NCBI GenBank assembly: GCA_951406725.2
Contig: OX597815.1
Location: 88,474,001-88,538,000 of the forward strand
DNA: 64,000 nt
Reading direction: 5' to 3'
From: Octopus vulgaris
Taxonomy: Eukaryota
In this document: in pieces, positions 52,050 to 63,999 of the stretch
How positions within the stretch are numbered: the stretch's first letter is position 1
Layout: every line of letters starts with the position of its first letter
Made by a program: the position numbers and the translations under genes
Notes under the pieces: model-generated
The model's database searches: none
What the model was told of the DNA's origin: nothing
The model's input: only the letters and a program-made list of their open reading frames with translations

Positions 52050-54170
52050 GAACAAATCAATGCTCTCGGGTGGTTTCTGATATTATCATTTAGTAATGGA
52101 GGGTCTGCAGTTACATATGTCTTTCTTGGTTCGTTGACGGTGCTCAATATGTGAGAGCGGAATTTACTTTGCTTTGTGTCAGTAATTGAGATACGAATAC
52201 AGTAATAGTCGAACAACATAAAAGAGAGTACAATACCAAATGTAGAATAAATATATAATACATAGCGTTATAGTTTCAACAACGGATCGCTTCTCAGTGT
52301 TTCATATTCTATCTTTGCACATTCCTATAGTATTGCTAGCTGATTGACAAACATTGATATTCTCTTTCATACGGCATATAAACAATGCATGGTTTGACAT
52401 AAGTACTTTCAGAAGTCAATTATGAGTGTTAGTTGGTTGTTTTGACCACCGTTGACTGAGAAGTGTATAAAGACTGATAATAAAACTCCATATAACGGAA
52501 TACTGAATGCTAGAACTACTAAAAGATATTGCCAGTTATTTTAGTATATGGAACTTTTCAGATAAGCAAAGTTAACGGTTTAATCTGGTGGGATATGATG
52601 TAGTTCTGTCAACAATATTCCAAGTTATACGAGATCTATTATATACTTTTTGAGTTGTTCAGACTAACAGAGACAAGAAAGAAGAGTGTTTCCTGTTCCT
52701 AGACCTAAAAATTATCGATATTGACTGCAGCTTCCCTTGAAGTCGTTAGCAATGAACACTTATAGTTCCTCTGGGTATATAGTTCCTCTATCAAATGGTT
52801 TAATTGATCATAGATATACTACTTCTTTGGTGTAATTTGTAACTTAGGCATAAAGTCTCTAATTTTGAGAGGTGGGCATCATCGATTAGATTGATCCACT
52901 GGTCAATTGGTATTTATCTTATTGACTCCGGAAGGATGAAAGGCAAAGACGACTTAGGCGGAATTTAACGCAGAACGCAAATAACCATAATAAAATTTGT
53001 CTGGCGTTCTGAAGATTTTGCTAATACACCAGCTTCAAGAGCTTTCATAATATTATATGATACATAAGTTAAGACGAAACTTTTTGTTCCTTCTTCAAGG
53101 ATCATTTCACTATTTATATGTTTTTGCCATTATGTATAACCAACAAAAAGACAACAAAAGTAAGCGTCAGTCAATACCAATGGGCATAAATATGACCGAG
53201 TGGTTAATTTCGATTCATAATGGCAAGGTTGTATGCGATAGAATCGAGTTCAATTCCACTGCATTGCACCTTGAACGCAAGTGGCTACTACAGCCTCGAA
53301 TCAAGTAAAGATTTTTGAGTGTATGTGAAAAGCTGTCTGAGGGACTGTTATTTGTCATTTGTGGTAGATGTAATTCGTTTTCTGGTTTAAAACTACCACC
53401 TGGTTGTCTCATACTTTAAGCAGAGCCCATTCTGTCCCAAACATTTGAACCTAATTTCCAGCCTGAGGATAACCTCTTCTCTTTTTCCCATAGATTGCTG
53501 AGGTTTTGCTAATTGTCATGTATACTGCCATCCTACTTCTAACGAAGCCATTAAAAATGCAGTAATGCAGTACTATTCGTAGAGAATTGATAAACTTCAG
53601 TGACCACATCTTTAGAAATAATAACTTAGCATCATATTAACATTTCAGTTATCACTATATCACAAATCACCATAGAAACTTCCACTTGACTGCACATACA
53701 AGCAATACAAATCTATATACAAATCTCTAATACAAAACTGGATCCTTAATCGGTCTAGACTATTAGAATATACCCCAACAGTATCGAACATCAATGGTCT
53801 CAGGTGGTTTCTGATATTATCATTTAGTAATGGAGGGTCTGCAGTTACAAATGTATTTCTTGGTTAGTTTACAGTACTCAATAGGTGAGAGCGGAATTTA
53901 CTCTGCTTGTGTCAGTAAGTGAGATACGAACTCAGTAATACTGGAACAACATAAAAGAGAGCACAATACCCCATGTAGAATAAATATGTAATATATAGCG
54001 TCATAGTTTTACAACAAACTGCTTCTTCGCACATTCCTATAGTACTGCTAGCTGATTGACAAACATTGATATCCTCTCTCATACGGCATATAAACAATGC
54101 ATGGTTTAACATATGTACTGTGAGAAGCCAATTGTGAGTGTTAGCTGGTTGTTTTGGCCAGCACCGACTG
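52050..54170. repeat. Diverged ~400-bp direct repeat pair (about 52050-52458 and 53786-54170)
   Basis: Shared blocks such as gtggtttctgatattatcatttagtaatggagggtctgcagttaca and catacggcatataaacaatgcatggttt. Confidence 0.9.
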
Positions 54171-54293
54171 TATCACACATCAGGTACATAAAAAGGTGAC
54201 GATACAACTGTCTTTTGAACAGGAAAAGGAACAGAAATGTTCAGTTGTTTAATCTGTATATTGCAAAATTCGTTTCTACTTAAGAGAGAAATC

Positions 54294-54510
54294 AAAGGCG
54301 ATGAGCTGGCAGAATCGTTAGCCCGCATGGGAAAAATGCTTTGCGGCACATCGTCCGTTATTACGTTCTGAGTTCAAATTCCGCCGAGGTCGACTTTGCC
54401 TTTCATCCTTTCGGGGTCGATAAAATAAGTACCATTTAGTACTGGGGTCGATGCAACCGACCTTCTCCCTCCCTCGAAGTTGCTGGCATTGTGTCACAAT
54501 TTGAAAACAA
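54294..54510 (+). mobile_element. SINE family 1 (tail type A)
   Basis: Head AAGGCGATGAGCTGGCAGAATCGTTAG, B box, tail GCTGGCATTGTGTCACAATTTGAAA. Confidence 0.88.
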
Positions 54511-55242
54511 TATTTAGTAGACACTTCAAAGCAGCATACCAAATCTATTATACATTTTGTTTATTTTTCTTTGTATTTCAATATTCTGAGTTCAAGCCAC
54601 GCAGCTGTCGATGAAGTAAGTACCAGTGAAGAGCTTGGCTCATTTAATAGATACTGTCCTTCTCCCAAATACGTAGCTGCCTTGCTCCAATGTTAGAAAT
54701 CAATACTATATAGGTTAGTATAAACGGAGAGCACAGGATGAAATGCATTAAATTTTGTATTTATTTTCTATTTTTATTTCCTTATTTCAAACCCAGTTGT
54801 GCTCGGATATGCTTTAATCTATTCAGAGTCAAATAAAATAAGTACCATTAATATATTTGGGTTGAGTCAATCAACTATGCATTCATTCACCCATGCTAAA
54901 ACTGGTCTTGAAATCAATATATGCAACTTGAAATATCTGATAAGTAAATATAAAAAACAAATCAAAACTGCTGGTATCACGACGATATCATGCAGATATT
55001 TAGATATCTTGTATAAAGCCGAATTAGGTGGGGGCGTGACGAAACCTTAGAAGTTTTCATTTCTTTTAGAGTTCATATAAAAGTGTTCATATTTTTCTCT
55101 GACGTCAATATGTTAGCAAACTGATTTATTTAAATGAAGATATTTTAAGAGATTTTTTTGTCCAAAGGATACTTTGATTTCGAGAGAAGTATAAAGAATA
55201 AAGAGTTTCACTGCCAACATAAGGCTTTATCCTTGTAGGCGC

Positions 55243-55339
55243 GTACACACACACGCGCACACACACGCACACACATACACACACAAATTCATATACATAA
55301 CATATATTCAATATATTATATTCTACATGCATATATATG

Positions 55340-55382
<43 letters not shown>

Positions 55383-55653
55383 GCGCATATATATGTATAC
55401 ATGTCATACATATATTATGTATATCATCTATCTATCTACCTATATAGTATATATAAATTTGATATATATACAATCATAGAATACAAATATATATATGTAA
55501 AATATAACATACAATACAAATATGTATAGTTATATAAAAATATTTGATAAAAAGTGAATAATAATAATACATTAAATATATATACATATATATATATATG
55601 TATATATATATATATCAAATACATTAAATATATATATATATATGTACACACAC

Positions 55654-55690
<37 letters not shown>

Positions 55691-55770
55691 TGTGTACTAT
55701 CTAATATATACCACATACATACGTACATACATACATATATGTATATACATACATGTATGTAGTATATATT
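55243..55770. repeat. Compound CA/TA/TG low-complexity tract
   Basis: Directly visible. Confidence 0.9.
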
Positions 55771-56636
55771 AGAGATTTATACTGAAATTTCGCCTTCAAG
55801 AATTTTAGTTCATCATATCAAGTGAATTGATTAATAATACCGAATAAGTTAAGGATATATTCAAAGCTACATATGACGGTGGTACTTTGGGAGAAAATCT
55901 TCGAATCTCGAATGAATGCACTGTTGGGGAAGTTGCATGATGTTGCATGATATAAAATGAAGGATACGTAATCAAATGTCAGTTTTTCAGCAATGCATGC
56001 TACTTTTTTTCAAGATCTGTGCATATTATAAGAAAAAAAGCACGAGCACCAAATGTAATATGTTTGAAAGCAACTGGACTGCTTACAGGAGTCATATAGA
56101 TACATTCTGCATCGTATTTGTGCAGTCACTTTATCGGTTCCTACAGCATAGGTCTAAAAATTTGTGTATCAAATGTCTGCGCATTAAGAAACAAGTTTGT
56201 TTAAGCGTTGAAATTGAATCTGATTGCTGGTTGCTAGTCGAATACACTGCCTAATATGCAGTATAGATATGTATAAATGTATACATATAAGATAAAGAAT
56301 CAAATATGCAGCCCATGGATTCACCTCTAGGTCTCACAGATTTGAACGTAAATATATGAAATAAACAATTAAATTTCCTCATAGCTGCTGCTTTGTGTTC
56401 AATACATGAATAGTCTAAATATGAGTTGGTATATCTTAAATATTCAAGGTTATTGGGAGAAAGTTGATTAAGTCTATAAAAAAGGATAACACATATTTTG
56501 GTGTATATCAGTGTTGAAGCAAATCTGGCCCGTCCAATACTCGTTATCAAAGAAGCAACATTTTTTTTTAATGTTTCACTGTAAATCTCAGTCATTTACA
56601 TTTTACGGATATTTATCCTCATCTTGTTTGTTGTTA

Positions 56637-56668
<32 letters not shown>

Positions 56669-56672
<4 letters not shown>

Positions 56673-56743
56673 TCACTGCCTGGAATCGAACTCTGAATCT
56701 TGGGGTTAGTAGCCCGCGCTCTTAACCACTACGCCACATGCCC
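56669..56743 (-). promoter_or_regulatory. tRNA-derived Pol III head (A and B boxes)
   Basis: Minus strand GGGCATGTGGCGTAGTGGTTAAGAGCGCGGGCTACTAACCCCAAGATTCAGAGTTCGATTCCAGGCAGTGACCTG. It has no proper acceptor stem, so it is not a tRNA gene. Confidence 0.8.
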
Positions 56744-56787
56744 ATGGCCTGAATAATAATAATAATAATAATAAAAATAATAATAAC

Positions 56788-56829
<42 letters not shown>

Positions 56830-56830
<1 letters not shown>

Positions 56831-57381
56831 GCCCTGATGCAGTACCAGGCAGTGGCTCTCGTGGCTTCTGATCTTAACTGATTGGAAGTGTTATCATGTA
56901 CATTGGTTTGTCTTGGTATAAAAGACGGGCTACAGCAAATATTCTGCTCAATACCACAGACTTGCTTGTCAGTTGTTTGACCTTAACCAGTTGAGCATAT
57001 CCTTTAGTGGCTGACGATATGTGCATCTCTGATGACAAGCAGAAGTAGTGGGGGAGCATCATAGCCATGTGTTGTGAGGGATTCTTTGGGGTTTGAATAA
57101 TTCACCTCTGGAAACATGGGTGTTTCGTTCAACATCCTTAAACAACCCTTATTCAGGGACCTTTTGAGCGGCATGGGTTACTCGACCAGAAGAAAATTCT
57201 GACTGGGCCCCACCTGCAAGTTCATGTGCTGTTTATCTTGATATGAGATCATGTCGCGCACACATGGTTGTGATGCATGTGCCTAGTGTACCCTTATCAG
57301 ACGGGTAGTCATAATGGGTATACTGGACTTTGTATATTTTACCCCAGTGTCACTTTGATGACATGCACTGCTCTCTCACTC
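56830..57381. mobile_element. Unclassified ~550-bp interspersed element sitting inside an (AAT)n tract
   Basis: GC-richer block flanked on both sides by long (AAT)n, interrupting the plus arm of the palindromic element. Confidence 0.55.
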
Positions 57382-57431
<50 letters not shown>

Positions 57432-57468
57432 TAATAACATCGAAAAATACCTTAGGAATGAGAACCCA

Positions 57469-57514
57469 GACACCTGATGAAGGCTGGAGGGTATATCAGC
57501 TGAAACGTTGTGTT
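57469..57514 (+). ncRNA. Minimal type I hammerhead ribozyme
   Basis: GACAC-CUGAUGA-A-GGCUG(loop)CAGCU-GAAA-CG-UU-GUGUU: stem I GACAC/GUGUU, stem II GGCUG/CAGCU, palindromic AACGUU stem III. Confidence 0.82.
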
Positions 57515-58379
57515 AACAACAAACAAGATGAAGACAAATATCCGTCAAATGTAAATAATGTAAATAATGTACATAATTCCTCCTCTCTTAAAAATAGAAC
57601 TGCGTAAATCTCAGTTTAGGATTTCAAAAATGCAGCGCTGTATGCCATTAAATCTCAAATTAAAGCATACACACACACACACGCACACACACACAAAATT
57701 TGATTTATATCGGGAAAACTGGCTTCCGATTTTCCGATATTCACACATCAGTCTTCTACACTTCAGCACTTCCGTTGGTTGACAGCATTGAATCACACTA
57801 TTCTTTTGTCCCTTCCACCTGTCACGTCTACTCCACCGTTATTCTTTAACTTTCTAACAACGCACACTATATTTCTCTTGCTGCTTCACTCACTTTGCTA
57901 ATTATTATATTTTTTTTTGAAAAAAAGAGAAAAACCCCAAAAAACCTATAATTTCCTCTCCCACTTTCTTTCATTTTTTTTCAATGCTACGTCTGGCTTT
58001 TCAGTTTCTGCATTACTGTTATTCCTTCTCCTTCGTGGATCTTAACATTTTCTCACCATCTTCTGGGCGCTTCACCAACTTTTTTCGGCCTTTTATCATA
58101 GTTGTGCAATTGTTACCGATTTCTTTGACTTTCTTTTCTTTATCGAATTCAAACATTTTTTTCTCATTTTCAAATTTTAGTTTAAATATTTTCTCATCGT
58201 TGAAAAATATTTCCCCACCCTAAGCACTTTCGTTCCATACTTGTTCCATATCTACAACACCTTCAAATTTGCTCTTACCATTCTATGTGCTGTATTATTC
58301 CCTCACGATGTCAAACACTCTCTCCTCCTCACGTACGCACTTTCACGCTACCCCTTAATGATTACATACATATACCAAC

Positions 58380-58798
58380 GGATCTTTTCGGTTTGAACGG
58401 CAGTTTTTTCTAGCAGTGTCATATGAAATTGTCACCCATAATTATGACCCTAGTATCGATCTATTGCATTTCAATCTGTTTTAGGGTTAGGGGTGGGGAG
58501 AAGGGTATCTTTTTTTTCTTCACAAATGTAAATAAACCCAATCTGTTTCTTAAACGAGGGACATATTAATACGGCACAGAATGTTTTTTTTTTTTACCTC
58601 AATGGACGTCAGTGATTGGTTGAAATTGCAGAAATTGAAGAAAAAACAACAACAAATATCTTACGAACTATAGAATTTTCTCAATAAAGCCAAGAGAAAA
58701 ATATGTTTTATAAACACATTCTACCAGTATACGAAGTTTAAAATTTTTTAGTTACCTAGAAATTATGTTAAAAACTGCCGTTCAAACCGAAAAGATCC
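58380..58798. mobile_element. MITE with 29-bp perfect TIRs and 8-bp TSD (Merlin-like)
   Basis: ggatcttttcggtttgaacggcagttttt / aaaaactgccgttcaaaccgaaaagatcc. TSD ataccaac at 58372-58379 and 58799-58806. The superfamily is inferred only from the GG termini and TSD length. Confidence 0.88.
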
Positions 58799-59074
58799 AT
58801 ACCAACAACCCAACTCCCCAATAATAATTATCACTATACTTCCATATTATCTCCACTCCTTATGCCCGCGTTCAGACACAGACACTCTTTCTTAACATAT
58901 ACATATCTGGTCCTTCCTTTCTTCTTAACTTCCCTCATAGAGCAGCATTCCTACCTACTTTCTAAACTCTCGCATTTTCCCTCTCTGACTACCTCTCTTT
59001 CCCTAAACTATACTTCTCCCATCCATCCATCCATCCATCCATCCATCCATCCATCCATCCATCCATCTATATCA

Positions 59075-59308
59075 TGAACTCTCCCGTCGTTAGACGACTT
59101 ATGAGGGATGATCGGTTTATAGTGATCAAGTGTTTGTCCCTCCAACAAATCGACATTACCTGTACAGCTGCACCGTGTGCTACATGACGAAATGTTCGTA
59201 GAGTAACTAGAAATGAAATGCTTTGCTCAAAAACACGACTCAACACCCGGTCTGGGAATCGAACCCACGATCTCGCAATCATGAGTGCAACACCCTAACC
59301 GCTAAGCT
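59075..59308 (-). mobile_element. tRNA-derived SINE family 4
   Basis: Minus strand CTTAGCGGTTAGGGTGTTGCACTCATGATTGCGAGATCGTGGGTTCGATTCCCAGACCGGG head. Confidence 0.8.
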
Positions 59309-59311
59309 ATT

Positions 59312-59610
59312 ATATATCGACCCAGTACTTATTTTTTAAACCTTGTTCTTGGTCAAGCAGCCTCTTTTGCTGAAGTTACGGGTACGTAAACACACCAACA
59401 CTGGTTGCCAAGCAGTGGCGGAGGATAAACGCAGGTATAAAGACACACATATGTACATATATACACGACGGGCTTCTTTCAGCTTCCGTCTACCAAATTC
59501 ATACTCAAGGCTTCGGTCGTCCCGAGGCTATAGTAGAAAGCACTTGCCTAAAGTGCCACGCAGTGGAATTGAACCCAGAAACATGTGGCTGGGAAGCAAG
59601 CGTCTTAATT
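59312..59610 (-). mobile_element. SINE family 3, partial
   Basis: Matches 51170-51608. Confidence 0.82.
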
Positions 59611-60306
59611 CATGAAATTGGCCATGAAGGCCGTACATAGAGGGACTGAATCCGGAATCATGAGATTGGGGAGAAAAGTTGTAGTGGTGAAGCTCTTGGG
59701 CTTACGGTCAGAAAGTGGTGGCTTCGCTTCAAGAATTGGGTAAGGTGCTTTATTTTAAGTTTCTCAAGTCTACGTAGCTGAAAATGAGTACTAACGCAAT
59801 GCATGTGTAACCCTCTCTTTCTTCAGCTGTCACATTCCATGAGTAGATGAGAGGGCTGAGATTATGCCTACATTTGCCAATAACTACATAGGCACCTGAA
59901 GAAATCAGCGAAAGCATGATACATGTTGCCAAATCATTCTCGCTTTTGACACAGTTATATGTGTACGTTATACATACATACATACATACATACATACATA
60001 CATACATACATACATACATACATGTATACATACATATACATACATACATACATACATAATACATACATACATACATGCATACATACATACATACATACAT
60101 AGATACATACATGTGTACATACATAACTAACTTATTGATTGACTATCTACATCCTTTTATCCAACCATGCATGTATCCATAATTCTATCCATCCATACAT
60201 ATTTTCATTGACTGATATTAGTACCTCTGCTGAGTTTTTGTGTTCTAGCTATAAAGTTCTTTTCACGACTGAAAGCTGTGCTGTCATTACACAAACACGC
60301 GCGCGT

Positions 60307-60385
<79 letters not shown>

Positions 60386-60608
60386 AAGAGATGGAGAGAA
60401 AATTTGAGCACAGAGAACTAGTGAAACGTAAAGGATACTGAAAAATACAAAGAAGGATACAACTCTCCCTTCGGTACTTTGTAGCAAAAGTATTGCAAAC
60501 TTCAGCGTATCAGTATTATTTAAAGGGAATTTCTCTTGCGAAAGATATGTAGATTAGAAATGACAGATAGTATCACAAGACAAAACGGCAACAATTATTA
60601 CACACACA

Positions 60609-60681
<73 letters not shown>

Positions 60682-61008
60682 TACTACATAAAAATGTACG
60701 ACAAATATTTAGATCTCTTGAGTCAGCAAAATGGATACGGAAATCTATTGTTTATTATTTTTTTCAGTTAAAATAAACAGAATTAGGGACAAAGTGACAT
60801 TGGATATGAAATATAACTGTATTGTTTCTAAGAACCTTTGAAAAAATTCTCTTGATATATAACCGAAAAAAAAATTCATTTTGCTGACTCAAGAGACCGA
60901 AATATTTGTCGTACACTTTTATGTGCCAGTGCGTGTGTGTGTGTGTGTGCGTGCGTGAGTATGTGTGTAATATATATATATATATGTCTTTAATCACGCT
61001 CACACACA

Positions 61009-62090
61009 TACATGGCAATCAAAAATTATTCGCACTTTCGCCAATACTTTGTGTAGGTTGACTGTACTGTCTTCCGCGCCCATGTGCTAAAAAATGGTTG
61101 CGTAACCGAGGTTTCACCATGATCGCTTCAGTTTTGTTTCTTGTGTACCAAGGAAGAAAAGAGATCAGTGTTTCAATTTCTCTGGTTAGGAGATATGTCA
61201 AGGGGATGAAATTCACTGCAGACTTTCAGTACAACACGGCAGTGTTCTACCGAGTAGAGGTGTGTATGAGTGAATCGAGAAGTTTCAATATAGCCGGATA
61301 AGCGTGAGCACGAAGAAGGAACAGGACACCCATCAACCTCCATTTCTGACGTAAAGATTCGACAAGCTCGAGAGTTGGTTCTGGCGAATCAACGAGTTAC
61401 AACCAATGAGATGATATGTTATCTGCAGAATAATTATGGTTCTGCATACGAAATCATTCACAAGCTTCGCTTCCGTAAAGTCTATGCGAGGTGGGTGCCA
61501 AGATAGCTTATTGAAGTACAGTCGTGTGGAGATCTGTAAATGTTTATTTGGCCGCTACAGTGATGAAGTGAGACCTGACTTTGAGCCAGAATCCAAAAGA
61601 CAAGAAGTGGAAATATCCGGAATCGTCAGCCAAAAAGACATTCAAGACTCAACCTCGTGCAGAAAATGTGATGTTAACTGTTTTTTTGTATGCAAAAGGG
61701 CCTATATTGGAACATTACAAAGAAAAGGGGTGTAGTTTACAGTGAATTGTTGGCCAACGCACTGAATCCAGCAATTCGCACCAAACCCTGAGGTCTATTG
61801 TTAAGTATTATTGTTGGACTTACGGCTACCCACACCTTTGAAATCATTGAAGAATTTGGTTTTGCTGGAACACTCTGCATATAGTTCAGATTTCGCCCCT
61901 TCCAACTACCACCTCTTTGGATTGCTCAAACATCTTTTACGAAGTCATCAATTTACTACTGACGAAGAAGTGCAGGAAACGGTGCATAAGTGGCTGCACG
62001 ACAAACCGAAAACCCTTTTTCTCCGATGGAATAAACAAGCTTGAGAACCGCTGGAAGAGGTGCATCGGAAATTAAGGAGACTATGTAATT
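61009..62090 (+). mobile_element. Decayed mariner element (different subfamily)
   Basis: Remnants RKV..RWVPR and HSAYSSDFAPSNYHLFGLLK..FTTDEEVQETVHKWL..GDYV. Confidence 0.85.
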
Positions 62091-62220
62091 GTTTAACCCC
62101 TGCATGCATATATATATATATAACGGGAAGCTTTATGAAAATAAACAAAAGACGAAGGCAGGTGGAAAACAAACGAACAATTGTATTAGTATGGCGCTCA
62201 GGAAATATAAATAAAACAAG

Positions 62221-62258
62221 TCTTTAACGTTTCGAGCCTACGCTCTTCAACAGAAAGA
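62221..62258 (-). ncRNA. Minimal type I hammerhead ribozyme motif in the Penelope terminal region
   Basis: UCUUU-CUGUUGA-A-GAGC(GUAG)GCUC-GAAA-CG-UU-AAAGA. The core has CUGUUGA rather than canonical CUGANGA. Confidence 0.75.
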
Positions 62259-62754
62259 TACACAGAGAGAGAAAAACACAGAAAGAAGGAGAGAAAAAAA
62301 ATGCGTGCAGTAGCTAACGAATCAACATGGCGATCTGATTTCGGCCAGAGGTCAAAGATCAAACATGAGACGCGAGAGCGAAATAAGGGGAGATAATAGG
62401 GTTGATAAATGGGTTGAGGGACCAGCTAAAAGTGCGTGGGAGGGGTCTGGATGTGTGTATGTATAGGGTTGGTGTATGTATTAGTATGTATAAGGGTGTG
62501 TGTGTGTGTGTGTATGAGAGAGTATTAGTGCGTAAGATTGGTCTGGACGTGCGTATGTATGGGGTTGGTGTATGTATTAGTATGTATTAGTATGTATTAG
62601 TACGTATTGGTATGTATAGGTGTGTGTGTGTGTGTGAGAGAGAGTATAAGTGCGTATGCGGGGTCTGGACGTGTGTATGTATAGGGTTGGTGTAAGTATT
62701 AGTATGTACTAGTATGTATTAGTACGTATTAGTATGTATTAGTTGGTGTGTGTA

Positions 62755-63999
62755 TTAGTATGGCACATCATATGTGATGTGATGTGTAAAGTCATGTGGT
62801 GTAGTGAGGAGAAGAGGGGGAGGGGGAGAAGAGGGGGAGGGGAAGAAGAGGGGAGGAGAAGGGGAGGGGAAGAAGAGGGGGAGGAGAAGGGGGAGAGGAG
62901 AGGATGGGGGAGAAGGAAGGGGATGAGGGGGATGAAGGAGGAAAGAGGGAGAGGGGGAGAGAGAAGGGGAGAGAGGGAGTGAGGGAGCAGAGGGAAGGGG
63001 AAGAGGGAGGGAGAAAGAGGGAAGAAGGGAAGGGGAGTAGGGGTGAAAGGATGAAGGACTGAAGAAGTAGGGGTCGGGGGAGAAAGGATAGGTGAGGAGG
63101 GGGGAGAGGGGGTTAGATGAGGAGGGGGGAGAGTTGAGACCAAATGGCGTATAAGAGCGAAGAGAGAAGATTAATTCCTGTTCACGGCGCAAACGGGAAT
63201 CCGGATGGCCTCTGTGTAAGGACAAACCGAACACAGATAGGTGTTGCAAGGAGTGACCGGTGGAGCGGAAATGGCGTGAGACCGGTGTGTCGTTCGCAAG
63301 GTGGATGTCACGAAGGTGTTCCGCGAACCGGTCAGCCAAGCGGCGTCCCGTTTGTCCGATGTACAAGGAATTGCAGAGAGAGCAAGAGATGCAATAGATA
63401 ATATTGCTGGAGGTGCAGGTGAAGGAGTGGATGATGGGATAGGGTCGATGGTGGGTGCTAGTGAGGCGGGTGGTGTTGGAGAGGTAAGGGCAAGTGCGGC
63501 AACGTGGGCGGGAGCAGGGGAACGAGCCGGGTTGGGAGGTAGGGTCAGGGAAGGAGCTATGGACCAAAAGGTCTCGAAGGTTGTGGGCTCGTTTGAAAGA
63601 GGGGAGGGGTCGGTTAGGGAAGAGGTGTGAAGTGGACGGGTCGGACTGGAGATGACGGAAAGCTCGAAGAATGGTGCGTTGGAGACGTAGGGTCGTGGGG
63701 TGGTAAGTGAGGGGAAAAGGGAGGCGGGAGACTACAGGGCGGGTTCGGGGAGAGAGAGCAGATACACGGTCCACGGACCGTGCTCTGGCAAGGGCGGTGT
63801 GGATAGTGGTGAGGGGGTATCCACGTAGGGTGAAGTGGTGAGCCATACGTTGAGACTGAGTCTCAAAGTCCTGGTCGTCACTACAGAGCCTACGTAGACG
63901 GAGGAATTGGGAATAGGGGATGGAAAGCTTGGTGTGTTCTGGGTGGGAGGAAGAGAAGTTGAGGTATGAGTGTGAGTCTGTGTGTTTGTAGTGAATGGA
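62755..63999 (-). CDS. Penelope RT C-terminus, Cys linker and GIY-YIG endonuclease (5'-partial)
   Basis: Frame open from the window edge: HYKHTDSHSYLNFSSSHP..IPYSQFLRLRRLCS..RGYP..CSRPRCRTC..NIIYCISC..YIGQTGRRLADRFAEH..PFGLN. Residues after about 63130 are low-complexity run-on. Confidence 0.9.
   Translation of the reverse strand, partial: SIHYKHTDSHSYLNFSSSHPEHTKLSIPYSQFLRLRRLCSDDQDFETQSQRMAHHFTLRGYPLTTIHTALARARSVDRVSALSPRTRPVVSRLPFPLTYHPTTLRLQRTILRAFRHLQSDPSTSHLFPNRPLPSFKRAHNLRDLLVHSSFPDPTSQPGSFPCSRPRCRTCPYLSNTTRLTSTHHRPYPIIHSFTCTSSNIIYCISCSLCNSLYIGQTGRRLADRFAEHLRDIHLANDTPVSRHFRSTGHSLQHLSVFGLSLHRGHPDSRLRREQELIFSLRSYTPFGLNSPPSSSNPLSPLLTYPFSPDPYFFSPSSFHPYSPSLLPSFSLPLPLPSAPSLPLSPSLSPSPSFLLHPPHPLPSPPSSPLPLLLPLFFPSPSPPLFFPSPSSPPPPLLLTTPHDFTHHITYDVPY

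Larger units (their letters stand above)
56593..57603. mobile_element. Palindromic SINE-like insertion with a tRNA-type head and a hammerhead ribozyme
   Basis: 12-bp TSD gtaaatctcagt at 56581-56592 and 57604-57615. 43-bp inverted arms 56594-56636 / 57514-57556 (3 mismatches). Confidence 0.85.

Noticed and set aside
52050-54170. LTR retrotransposon or TRIM
   Set aside because: No LTR termini, PBS, PPT, TSD or gag/pol remnants.
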